Below are positions 18,161 to 26,828 of a stretch of 64,000 nucleotides of DNA, in pieces. Each line of letters opens with the position of its first letter. Position 1 is the stretch's first letter. Both the position numbers and the translations under genes were made by a program. Origin of the DNA: Candidatus Omnitrophota bacterium (GTDB lineage Bacteria; Omnitrophota; Gorgyraeia; 2-01-FULL-45-10); NCBI GenBank assembly GCA_041661345.1, contig JBAZUO010000007.1:1-64000 (forward strand), in the 5' to 3' direction. The notes under the pieces were generated by a model. It searched no databases, was not told the DNA's origin, and was given only the letters and a program-made list of their open reading frames with translations.

Positions 18161-18313
18161 CAACTTTTGGCCTCCGCCAAAAACTGTTGTCTGGTTTTTG
18201 GCTCTGGCCTGCCAATAAGCAAACGACGGCATAGGCTCGCGCCCAAAAGTTTTTAAAGGGAAACGTAGTTTCCCTTTAACGTATCCTTTTCTTAAGGGAA
18301 AGCGTTTGGAGTT
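18161..18313 (+). repeat. tRNA-trailer structured repeat, copy R2
   Basis: R2 contains the hairpin GCCAAAAAC (18176-18184) / GTTTTTGGC (18194-18202) and a second GC-rich imperfect hairpin. It also has the perfect palindrome TTAAAGGGAAAC-gta-GTTTCCCTTTAA (18253-18279). It ends at the nfo ATG (18314). Confidence 0.7.
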
Positions 18314-19159
18314 ATGCGCATAGGATTGCATGTTTCGATAGCAGGAAAGATATATGAGTCGCTTGAGCGCGCCAGGGCGCTTGGCTGTAATACCATGCAG
18401 ATCTTTAGCCGGAATCCCAGGGGCTGGGAGGCAGCGAAGCTCGACAAGAATGATGTGGAAGAATTCAGGCGGCTTAAACTTAAGTATGACATAAAGCCGG
18501 TTGTCGTGCATATACCGTATATAATCAATCTTGCTACGCCCGACGACAAATTGTATAATAGATCTATCGAAACATACATAAAAGATATAGAGAGGGCAGA
18601 CCTTTTAGGAGCAGAATATTTTGTTACGCATCTTGGAAGCCACACCGGCAGCGGCGAAGATAACGGCATAAATCGTTTTGCGTCGGCGCTTAAGACTATT
18701 ATAAAACGCGTTAATCCCAAAGCGATGATACTTTTAGAGAATACAGCCGGTTCGGGTGACGGTATAGGTTATCGCTTCGAGCACATTAAGAAGATAATAG
18801 AGAAGCAGGCAGTGCCTTCGAGGGTAGGTGTATGTCTTGATACCGCGCATACTTTCGCGGCAGGCTATGATATAGAAAGTTTATCGGGGCTTAATAGCAT
18901 ACTGAAAAAGTTCGATAAGTTATTGGGACTGGATACAATAAAGGTTGTGCATTTTAATGACAGCCTTGCGCCTTTCGACTCTCATGTTGACAGGCATCAG
19001 CACATAGGAAAGGGCAGCATTGGACTTGAGGCGATGGGCCGGATAATAAATTATCCTAAGCTAAAGAATGCGGCGTTTATTATGGAGACTCCAAAAGAAT
19101 CGGATAGGGATGACAAAAGAAACATGGCGACAGCGAAAAAACTGTATAAAGGAAAATAA
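18314..19159 (+). CDS. nfo: Deoxyribonuclease IV (endonuclease IV)
   Basis: 281 aa. The N-terminus MRIGLHVSIAG...LGCNTMQIFSRNPRGW and the H/D/E metal-ligand pattern (VVHIPY, THLGSH, ENTAG, CLDTAH, HFNDS) are typical of Nfo. Confidence 0.9.
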   Translation: MRIGLHVSIAGKIYESLERARALGCNTMQIFSRNPRGWEAAKLDKNDVEEFRRLKLKYDIKPVVVHIPYIINLATPDDKLYNRSIETYIKDIERADLLGAEYFVTHLGSHTGSGEDNGINRFASALKTIIKRVNPKAMILLENTAGSGDGIGYRFEHIKKIIEKQAVPSRVGVCLDTAHTFAAGYDIESLSGLNSILKKFDKLLGLDTIKVVHFNDSLAPFDSHVDRHQHIGKGSIGLEAMGRIINYPKLKNAAFIMETPKESDRDDKRNMATAKKLYKGK

Positions 19160-21645
19160 TGATAGAGATGGACGAAAAATTATACCCATTCGATAAAATA
19201 GAACCGAAGTGGCAGAAATTCTGGCGTGATAAAAAACTATTTAACGTCGATACAAAGAATTACACCGATAAATATTATTGTCTCATGATGTTCCCGTATC
19301 CCTCCGCGGCGCTCCATGTAGGCCACGGCAGGAATTATATCATCGGCGATGTCGTAGCGCGCTACAAGATGATGAGAGGTTTCAATGTGCTTACGCCCAT
19401 GGGTTTCGATGCGTTTGGACTTCCGGCGGAGAATGCCGCTATAAAAGGCGGGATACATCCGAAGACGTCCACGTTGAATAATATCAACACGATGAAACGC
19501 CAGCTGAACCAGTGGGGTGTGGAATACGATTGGGACAGGGTGGTCATATCATGCCTTCCGGAATACTATAAGTGGACTCAGTGGATATTCGTTAAATTAT
19601 ACGAAAAAGGCCTCGCCTACAAGAAGAAGGCCTTTGTTAACTGGTGCCCTTCGTGCAAGACGGTGCTCGCGAACGAGCAGGTTGTGAACGGCAAGTGCGA
19701 ACGATGCGACTCGGTCGTTACGCAGAAAGATCTTGAACAGTGGTTCTTCAAGATAACCCATTATGCCGATAGGTTATTACAAGACCTAGGCAAACTTACG
19801 GAATGGCCTGAACGGGTTAAGACGATGCAGGCTAACTGGATAGGGAAGAGTGAAGGTGTTGAGATCGATTTTAAAATAGAAAACTTCTCCGAAGTCCTAA
19901 GGTGTTTTACTACGAGAGTTGACACCATCTACGGGGCAACGTTCATAGCGCTGGCGCCGGAACATCCGCTTGTCGACAAACTGATAAAGGGTGTCAAAGA
20001 TGAAGCGGCAGTATCGAAGGCCGTCGGAAAGATGCGCGATGAATCGAAGATCGACCGCTCGCAGGCCAATGTCGAAAAAGAAGGCGTCTTTACAGGCAGA
20101 TTTGTTATAAATCCGGTTAATTCGAAAAAGATACCGATCTGGGTATCGAATTACATCCTGATGGAATACGGGACGGGCGCCATCATGGCTGTTCCGGCCC
20201 ACGATGAAAGGGATTTTGAATTTGCAAAGAAGTATAAACTGCCGATAGAAGTCGTGATAGATGACCCGAAGAATCATTTGAATGCCGTGACGATGAAAGA
20301 GGCGTATGTGGGCGAAGGGGTAATGGTCAACTCCGATAAATTTAGCGGGTTAAAGTCCGTAGATGCCGTTAAGAAAATAGCGGATTACTTCGAAGACAAG
20401 AAATTCGGCAAAAGGAGCGTGCAGTATAAGCTAAGGGACTGGCTCATCTCCCGGCAGAGGTACTGGGGAGCGCCTATACCCATTATCTATTGTCCGAAAT
20501 GCGGTACGGTAGCTGTGCCGGATAAAGATCTCCCGGTCCTATTGCCGGAGAACGTTGAATTCAGGCCTACGGGCGAGTCTCCGTTAAAAGCGGCGAAAAA
20601 TTTTGTCAGTACGAAATGCCCGAAGTGCAATGGCCCGGCGGCGAGGGATACCGATACGATGGATACCTTTGTCGACTCGAGCTGGTATTTTTTGAGATAT
20701 ATAACGCCGCATCTTAACGATAAGCCTTTTGACACGGACCTGGTCAATAAATGGCTTCCGGTCGACCAATATATCGGCGGCATAGAGCATGCGATACTGC
20801 ATCTATTATATTCCCGTTTCATTACGAAGTTTCTCCACGATATAAAGATGACGGCTTTCGACGAACCATTCAAGAATCTCTTTACCCAGGGTATGATAAT
20901 AAAAGACGGCGCGAAGATGTCGAAATCGAAAGGCAACGTAGTAAGCCCTGATAAGCTGATCGCGGATTACGGCGCAGATACAGTGAGGCTGTACACCCTG
21001 TTTATCGGGCCGCCGGAGAAAGACGCGGAATGGTCGGATAGGGGCGCGGAGGGCGCGTACCGGTTCCTTGGGAGAGTGTGGAGACTGGTCGAAAAGGTCC
21101 ATAGCTTGCAGCCCGCCGGCAATAATAACAAAGAGGCAACAAAAGAAGCGGAGAGCTTAAGGCGAAAGCTGCATCAGACTATAAAGAAGGTCACAGAAGA
21201 TCTCGACGGAGGATTTCATTTCAATACTGCGATAAGTGCGATCATGGAACTGGTGAACGAGGCCTATGATTATATGGCTAAGTCAAAGAATGGTTCAGGC
21301 AGCGAAATCTTTAAAGAGGCGGTTAAAAGCCTGATAATGCTGCTTTCACCGTTCGTGCCGCACATAGCGGAAGAGATGTGGCAGGCCACGGGCGGGAGCG
21401 GCAGTATATTTAAATGCAAGTGGCCGCAATATAACGAGGCCTTCATTACCGAAAAGGTGATAACCATTCCCATTCAGATAAACGGTAAGCTTAGGTCCAG
21501 GATCGAGGTGGACACCGATATCAGTGAAGAAGCTTTAAAGATGGCTGTCCTGTCCGAAGATAAAACTAAAAATTGGATCGGTGGTAAAGAAGTAAAGAAG
21601 ATCATAATCATTCCAAAAAAACTGGTCAACGTAATTATTCCTTAG
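19159..21645 (+). CDS. leuS: Leucine--tRNA ligase
   Basis: 828 aa with the HIGH motif (PSAALHVGHGRNY) and the KMSKS motif (GAKMSKSKGN). The CP1 editing domain region is present. Confidence 0.97.
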   Translation: MIEMDEKLYPFDKIEPKWQKFWRDKKLFNVDTKNYTDKYYCLMMFPYPSAALHVGHGRNYIIGDVVARYKMMRGFNVLTPMGFDAFGLPAENAAIKGGIHPKTSTLNNINTMKRQLNQWGVEYDWDRVVISCLPEYYKWTQWIFVKLYEKGLAYKKKAFVNWCPSCKTVLANEQVVNGKCERCDSVVTQKDLEQWFFKITHYADRLLQDLGKLTEWPERVKTMQANWIGKSEGVEIDFKIENFSEVLRCFTTRVDTIYGATFIALAPEHPLVDKLIKGVKDEAAVSKAVGKMRDESKIDRSQANVEKEGVFTGRFVINPVNSKKIPIWVSNYILMEYGTGAIMAVPAHDERDFEFAKKYKLPIEVVIDDPKNHLNAVTMKEAYVGEGVMVNSDKFSGLKSVDAVKKIADYFEDKKFGKRSVQYKLRDWLISRQRYWGAPIPIIYCPKCGTVAVPDKDLPVLLPENVEFRPTGESPLKAAKNFVSTKCPKCNGPAARDTDTMDTFVDSSWYFLRYITPHLNDKPFDTDLVNKWLPVDQYIGGIEHAILHLLYSRFITKFLHDIKMTAFDEPFKNLFTQGMIIKDGAKMSKSKGNVVSPDKLIADYGADTVRLYTLFIGPPEKDAEWSDRGAEGAYRFLGRVWRLVEKVHSLQPAGNNNKEATKEAESLRRKLHQTIKKVTEDLDGGFHFNTAISAIMELVNEAYDYMAKSKNGSGSEIFKEAVKSLIMLLSPFVPHIAEEMWQATGGSGSIFKCKWPQYNEAFITEKVITIPIQINGKLRSRIEVDTDISEEALKMAVLSEDKTKNWIGGKEVKKIIIIPKKLVNVIIP

Positions 21646-21656
21646 AGATTATTGTC

Positions 21657-22001
21657 ATGTTCAACCTCACCAGAACGGAAAAATTCATAATAATATTTTT
21701 GTCGGTTTCTTTATTGATAGCTATTGCCGTCAAGACGTACATCGCCTCAAGGCCGCATGGCGATATCAGAATAGAAAAATTCGATGCGGATTCCACGCGC
21801 AGTCCGGAGAAGATAAATATAAATGCGGCCGGAGCGGAAGAGCTCGAATCCATAAAGGGCGTCGGTAAGGCTTTGGCCGAAAGGATAGTGGAATACCGGA
21901 ATTCTAAAGGCGCATTCGTCATGATAGAAGATATTAAAAATGTAAAAGGCATAGGACGAGCGCTTTTTGAAAAGATCAAAGATAGAATTTCCGTAGAATG
22001 A
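21657..22001 (+). CDS. comEA: ComEA-family helix-hairpin-helix DNA-binding protein
   Basis: 114 aa with an N-terminal TM anchor and tandem HhH motifs (INAAGAEELESIKGVGKALAERIVEYR...IKNVKGIGRALFEKI). Confidence 0.85.
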   Translation: MFNLTRTEKFIIIFLSVSLLIAIAVKTYIASRPHGDIRIEKFDADSTRSPEKININAAGAEELESIKGVGKALAERIVEYRNSKGAFVMIEDIKNVKGIGRALFEKIKDRISVE

Positions 22002-24397
22002 AGCGTCCGATCCTTTATCTACTGATACCATTCTCCATAGGTATCGCGATCTCCCGTCTGTTAAATCTGCCCATCCTATTGTTATTATCGGGCTTTCTAT
22101 TCTTTGCCGTATTGGCACTGGTGATCTCAAAGAACAGCCGGGCCTCTTTCATCGGTTTATATCTTGCGATATTCTTTTTGGGTATGACATTTTATCAGCA
22201 GTCGCTGATCCTACCTTCTTCGCATATATCCAATATCACCACAAACGAGCCTAACTCTGTATTTTTAAGAGGTGTGATTGCCGACGATCCCGTTATTTCC
22301 GATACGCCTTATGGAACCAAAAAGGCAAGATTTACGCTGAATGCCATTTCGGTCAAACTCAATGGTGCCTGGAGAGATGCAACGGGCCCTGTAATGGTCA
22401 GCGTTAATTCAAAATACGAAAGACGGTATAGATATGGCGATGAGCTGTTGCTCGAAGGTGTTCTTCTAAGGCCCGGGAGCCTTAAGAATCCCGGGCTTTT
22501 TGATTATGAGAAATATCTGGGGATGAAAGGTATCTATTCATGTTTAAGAGTCAAAGATGATAACCTGGCAAAAGTTATAGGATATCGGGCAAACTGGATC
22601 ACGGCGGCATCATACAATGTTAGAGATCGTCTGGATAGGGCGCTGGATGAACGGCTCGAAGGTTCTTACGCCGGTTTTCTTAAATCGATAATCACGGGCG
22701 ATAGGACAGGGCTCGGCGATGATGTCCAGGATGATTTCATCAAGACCGGTACCGTCCATGTGATTGCGATCAGCGGACTGCAGGTTGGATTGATAGCCGG
22801 CATGTTCCTGGCCCTATTCGGCGTATTGAGAATTCCGAAGAGAATAAACCTTGTGCTTACACTCGTAATATTGGTCTTCTACTCTTTCATGACCGGCGCA
22901 AACCCTCCGATATTAAGAGCGGTTATAATGTTCTTCGTATTTGTTATCGGATACCTTATAAATAGAAAGTCGGATATCCTGAACTCCCTTTCTCTTGCGG
23001 CGCTTGCTATTCTTTTGTGGAACCCGAAGGAATTGTTCGATCCCAGCTTTCAACTTTCCTTCATATCCGTCGCGGGAACCATCATTCTCTGTCCTGCAAT
23101 TGATAAATTATTCGGCCTGGCGGATCCACATGGGATGTCTGTATTAATAAAGATAAAAAGGTATTTACTGAAGGGTGTATCCGTCTCGATCGCCGCATGG
23201 CTTGCCAGCTGGCCTTTTGTAGCATCCTATTTTAATATCGCTTCTCCGATATCGGTAATTGCGAATCTAATAGTTGTGCCTATGCTGTTTGTCCTAACGG
23301 TTGTTTCGTTTATATTTTTTGCGGTAAATCCTTTGGCATCGTCTTTGGCCGCAGCTCTTTCCGTTATGTTATTGAAACTGGAGCAGTTTCTATTTTTAAT
23401 AAATCATATTCTGGCAGGGGTACCTCTTGCGTACATAAGAATGAAATCACCCGGCGCGGTGTTCACCGTGATCTATTATTGCCTGCTGTCGTTACTTATC
23501 ATACCCAGGTACAGAAAACAGATTGTCATAGCGTCTCTCATCGCGATGAATCTTCTCATTTATTCGGAAATATCCGGTTGCATCAGGAGAGACCTAAAAA
23601 TGACATTTCTGGATGTGGGGCAGGGGGACTGTGCGCTTCTGGAAATGCCGGATGGTAAGAATGTATTGATCGACGGCGGAAGCGCCGGCGATGACGGAAG
23701 ATTCGATACAGGTAAATCAGTCATAGCTCCGTATTTATGGAATAAAGACATATATATGATCGATGCCGTTATAGCTACTCATTTTCACGAGGATCATATC
23801 GGCGGGATAATATATATACTTGAGAATTTCAAAGTCGGATGTGTCATAGATAACGGCGCCCACGCTGCCGACAACGCGGTCCATGATAAATATATCAGGC
23901 TCATAAAAGAAAAAGGAATCCGCCGTATAACGGTGGGAGAAGGGGATGTGATAAATTTGTCGTCGGATGCCAGGATATTTATTCTGAATCCGCCGCGAAC
24001 AGAAGAGCTTTTCGACTCAAATGAAAATTCTTTGTTGATGAAATTGATATATAAAAATTTCAGCTGTTTATTTTGTGGCGACGTGATCAATGATCCGATT
24101 TCGCGCCTGGCCGGTTATGGAAAATTTCTGAAATCCGATGTCATGAAAATTCCTCATCATGGAGGTAATCTCGGAGATGCAGTAATTTCAAATAATTTTT
24201 TTGAAATGGTATCGCCCGATGTCAGCATAATCAGCGTAGGTAAAATTAACACATACAATATGCCTTCGCCAAAAACATTAAATGCCTTAAAGTATTTAAA
24301 ATCAACAAGTTATGTCACTAAAGACTCCGGTGCGATAGAGATTATTATTGATGGTGATAGGCATCATATCCCGATCTATAATGTATCAAAAAACTAA
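21998..24397 (+). CDS. comEC: DNA internalization-related competence protein ComEC/Rec2
   Basis: 799 aa with a polytopic competence domain (GTVHVIAISGLQVG) and a C-terminal metallo-beta-lactamase domain (ATHFHEDHIGG). Confidence 0.9.
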   Translation: MKRPILYLLIPFSIGIAISRLLNLPILLLLSGFLFFAVLALVISKNSRASFIGLYLAIFFLGMTFYQQSLILPSSHISNITTNEPNSVFLRGVIADDPVISDTPYGTKKARFTLNAISVKLNGAWRDATGPVMVSVNSKYERRYRYGDELLLEGVLLRPGSLKNPGLFDYEKYLGMKGIYSCLRVKDDNLAKVIGYRANWITAASYNVRDRLDRALDERLEGSYAGFLKSIITGDRTGLGDDVQDDFIKTGTVHVIAISGLQVGLIAGMFLALFGVLRIPKRINLVLTLVILVFYSFMTGANPPILRAVIMFFVFVIGYLINRKSDILNSLSLAALAILLWNPKELFDPSFQLSFISVAGTIILCPAIDKLFGLADPHGMSVLIKIKRYLLKGVSVSIAAWLASWPFVASYFNIASPISVIANLIVVPMLFVLTVVSFIFFAVNPLASSLAAALSVMLLKLEQFLFLINHILAGVPLAYIRMKSPGAVFTVIYYCLLSLLIIPRYRKQIVIASLIAMNLLIYSEISGCIRRDLKMTFLDVGQGDCALLEMPDGKNVLIDGGSAGDDGRFDTGKSVIAPYLWNKDIYMIDAVIATHFHEDHIGGIIYILENFKVGCVIDNGAHAADNAVHDKYIRLIKEKGIRRITVGEGDVINLSSDARIFILNPPRTEELFDSNENSLLMKLIYKNFSCLFCGDVINDPISRLAGYGKFLKSDVMKIPHHGGNLGDAVISNNFFEMVSPDVSIISVGKINTYNMPSPKTLNALKYLKSTSYVTKDSGAIEIIIDGDRHHIPIYNVSKN

Positions 24398-24414
24398 CTT
24401 TTTTATATCTTACC

Positions 24415-24443
24415 TTGACAAACTATTACTTGTATGATATAGT
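24415..24443 (+). promoter_or_regulatory. Sigma-70-like promoter (TTGACA-17-TATAGT)
   Basis: Hexamers lie at 24415-24420 and 24438-24443, upstream of the PilZ gene. Confidence 0.55.
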
Positions 24444-24500
24444 TCTTGCAAAATTGATATAATACTACTTTAGCAACACAGAAGGAGTGGTGTATCTTAG

Positions 24501-24881
24501 GTGGAAGACCTGAACGTAGTTAGTGATAAGAGAAGATACAAAAGGGTAGATTCTAAACTCCCTATAGAATATAGAGACCTTAGGAGAAGCGCTGTTCTTC
24601 CTAAAGGTTCTCTTACCAGAAATATCAGTGAGGGCGGAATTTGTTTTCAGTCGAGTGAATTCATGTCGTTGGCGTGTCGTCTGGTAGTCGAGATAAGACT
24701 GCCGAATGTGCCTAAGCCTATAAAAGCGATATCCAAAATAGCATGGGTCAAGCGCCTGCCGACAAGTGATCAATATGAGCTTGGTAATCAATTCCTCGAG
24801 ATAGCGAAAGAAGATAAAACCCACATCCTGAACTTTATAAATAGAGTAGTAGAAAACAGGCCTTTAGAAATTCCGAAATAA
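24501..24881 (+). CDS. PilZ-domain protein (c-di-GMP receptor)
   Basis: 126 aa with a GTG start directly after an in-frame TAG. It carries the PilZ motifs RRYKR (RxxxR) and NISEGG (NxSxxG). Confidence 0.8.
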   Translation: MEDLNVVSDKRRYKRVDSKLPIEYRDLRRSAVLPKGSLTRNISEGGICFQSSEFMSLACRLVVEIRLPNVPKPIKAISKIAWVKRLPTSDQYELGNQFLEIAKEDKTHILNFINRVVENRPLEIPK

Positions 24882-24918
24882 ATCTCGAAGCAAATCCCAA
24901 AATAAATCCCCAAAGTCT

Positions 24919-24948
24919 TTGACTAGCCTCTTTGCCGCATGGTATAAT
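24919..24948 (+). promoter_or_regulatory. Sigma-70-like promoter with extended -10 (TTGACT-18-TGgTATAAT)
   Basis: TTGACT lies at 24919-24924 and TATAAT at 24943-24948, preceded by TGg. Confidence 0.5.
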
Positions 24949-24982
24949 CTCTCATAATTTTACAATAAGGAAAAGGGGTATC

Positions 24983-26812
24983 ATGAAAAACAACCGCTTT
25001 GTCGGTCGTGTAATATCAATGAGTGTGGTCATGCTGTTACTTATGGCGAGCGCGGCTTCAGCGTACTGGATATGGACGCCGGAAACGAAGAAGTTTGTGA
25101 ATCCAAAGCATGCCGTAAAGGATAGCCCCAAAGAGCAATTCGATTATGCCATGAAATTTTACCAGGCTAAGGACTATCAAAAAGCCGCCGCTGAATTCGA
25201 GAAGCTTACCAAGCAGTACGAATACTCCGAATATGCCTCAAAAGCCCAGTACTACGTTGGGTTAAGTTACGAGAACATGAATAAGCTGTATATAGCCTTT
25301 CAGAATTATCAGAAAGCTATAGATAATTTTCCTCACATTGAAAATATCGATGAGATTATAGCCAGGGAATTCAACATAGCCAACATATTTGCGACGAAAG
25401 CCAGTCCCAAGGTTCTCGGGACAGACATATTGACTTCGACCGATAGGGCCGTAGAAATATATAAGAAGGTAGCCGAGAATGCGCCTTTCGGAAAGCTTGC
25501 GGAGGAGTCTCAATTCAGAACCGGTTCCGCACTGAAAAAGGCTGACAGGTTCGATGAGGCGGTCGAGGCCTTCCAGAAGATATTGGACGATTATCCCAAT
25601 TCACAATTCTATGAAAAGGCGAAATTCGAGGTGGCGGATTGCGCTTATAAAGCTTCGCTTAAGCCTGCCTATGATATTGAGTCTACGGACAAGGCTATAA
25701 AGGCGTTCGAGGAATTCGCCCAGGGTAATAGAGATAAAGTACTCACGGAAGAAGCCAGCAAGACGATACAACGGCTCAGGGACAAATCAGCCGAAAAATC
25801 ACTTATGACCGCCAAGTTCTATGAAGACCAGAGGCATTATGAAAGCGCCATAATCTACTACAAGGATGTCATTACGAGGTTCCCGGACAGCTCTTTCGTG
25901 AAAACATCTAAAGCGAAGATAGAGGAACTGGAAAAAAAGATCAATAAGAGCTCTCAGAAGGCAGCCATGGGTGAAGCCGGAAAGAAGAGCTGGATGCCAT
26001 TTAACCTTCCTAAAAAGGCAAAGCCGGTTAAGACGGTTGTGATAAAAGAAAAGGCAAAGAGCCAGGGAAGAGACTGGTTATCTTTTATGAAGCCTAAAAA
26101 GAAAGAGGCTTCGCTTAAGGTGGAAGAGCCTGTGGTAAAGGTAGGAGAGTCCACGGCGAAGATGGAAGAGCCTGCGAAACAAGAACCCATTAAGGAATCT
26201 CCGGCTCAAACCGCACCTGTAGTTACCGGGCAAGAAGGGGTTGCTGCGGTTACTGAGGCAAAGGTTGAAGAACCAACTACAAAAGAGGCCATACAGGAAG
26301 AACCGAAGCCGGCGGCGCAAGCCCCTAAAACTGAAAAATCCAAAGGTTGGTGGAACCCCATTAGTTTTACAAGTAAACCTAAAGCGAAGATGGAAGAGCA
26401 GAAGAAGGAGAAGCCTACTGCCGCGAAGAAGGGTTGGTCGCCTTTAAGCTTTTCAAAATCGGCAGAGAAAAAAGAGCCAAAGGCGAAAGCGGTTGAAAGC
26501 GCTCAAGTATTGAAAACTGAAAAATCCAAAGGTTGGTGGAACCCTCTTAACTTTACAAATAAACCGACGGCGAAGAAAGCAGAAACCCCAATCGTTAAAA
26601 AGAAAGGTTGGTCACCTCTAAGTTTCACAAAGACGGTGAAGAAGGAAGATCCGGCCAAAGTTGAAGAACCTGTAAAGGCCGAGGAGCCCGTGGTAAAGGA
26701 AGCCCAAACTGAGGCGCCGGCTCAGGCTACGCAGGCGGCAGAAGTTTCAAGCGAAACGAAGACTGAGAAGCCGGCTGAAGAAGAATATATACCGGCATAC
26801 AAGGAATATTAA
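24983..26812 (+). CDS. BamD-like TPR protein with about 290-aa Lys/Glu/Pro-rich C-terminal extension
   Basis: The start is taken at ATG 24983 (RBS AAGGAAAAGGGG). It has a signal peptide (ASAASA/YW, no lipobox) and a YfiO/BamD-like TPR region (FDYAMKFYQAKDYQKAAAEFEKL...YSEYASKAQYYVGLSY). The tail is low-complexity with repeated GWWNP..F / GWSPLSF motifs. The gene is adjacent to lptE. Confidence 0.5.
   Translation: MKNNRFVGRVISMSVVMLLLMASAASAYWIWTPETKKFVNPKHAVKDSPKEQFDYAMKFYQAKDYQKAAAEFEKLTKQYEYSEYASKAQYYVGLSYENMNKLYIAFQNYQKAIDNFPHIENIDEIIAREFNIANIFATKASPKVLGTDILTSTDRAVEIYKKVAENAPFGKLAEESQFRTGSALKKADRFDEAVEAFQKILDDYPNSQFYEKAKFEVADCAYKASLKPAYDIESTDKAIKAFEEFAQGNRDKVLTEEASKTIQRLRDKSAEKSLMTAKFYEDQRHYESAIIYYKDVITRFPDSSFVKTSKAKIEELEKKINKSSQKAAMGEAGKKSWMPFNLPKKAKPVKTVVIKEKAKSQGRDWLSFMKPKKKEASLKVEEPVVKVGESTAKMEEPAKQEPIKESPAQTAPVVTGQEGVAAVTEAKVEEPTTKEAIQEEPKPAAQAPKTEKSKGWWNPISFTSKPKAKMEEQKKEKPTAAKKGWSPLSFSKSAEKKEPKAKAVESAQVLKTEKSKGWWNPLNFTNKPTAKKAETPIVKKKGWSPLSFTKTVKKEDPAKVEEPVKAEEPVVKEAQTEAPAQATQAAEVSSETKTEKPAEEEYIPAYKEY
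26327..26698 (+). repeat. Tandem 186-bp (62-aa) duplication inside the BamD-like tail
   Basis: Unit 1 is 26327-26512 and unit 2 is 26513-26698. Both start aaaactgaaaaatccaaaggttggtggaaccc (KTEKSKGWWNP) and contain KKGWSPLSF. Confidence 0.8.
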
Positions 26813-26828
26813 AAAGAAAGGGCAGGCA

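Noticed and set aside
15813-18313. The segment between the two tRNAs considered as a genomic island or integrative mobile element.
   Set aside because: There is no integrase, transposase, or duplicated tRNA 3' end (att-like) sequence, and only one cargo gene. It is reported as a repeat-bracketed cassette, not annotated as a mobile element.
24258-24276. A 16-nt exact match (tgccttcgccaaaaac, 19 of 20 with flanks) between comEC coding sequence and the first hairpin arm of repeat R1 (15822-15837).
   Set aside because: No partner arm (gtttttggc) or further R-like sequence follows in comEC. It is in-frame coding sequence (NMPSPKTL). A 16-mer coincidence is expected roughly once in a 64-kb self-comparison.
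25950-26812. The repetitive DNA in the BamD-like tail and the 102-bp TPR repeats (17305-17814) considered as possible CRISPR or non-coding satellite arrays.
   Set aside because: Both lie in long open reading frames with period divisible by 3. They have no spacer/repeat alternation and no nearby cas genes.
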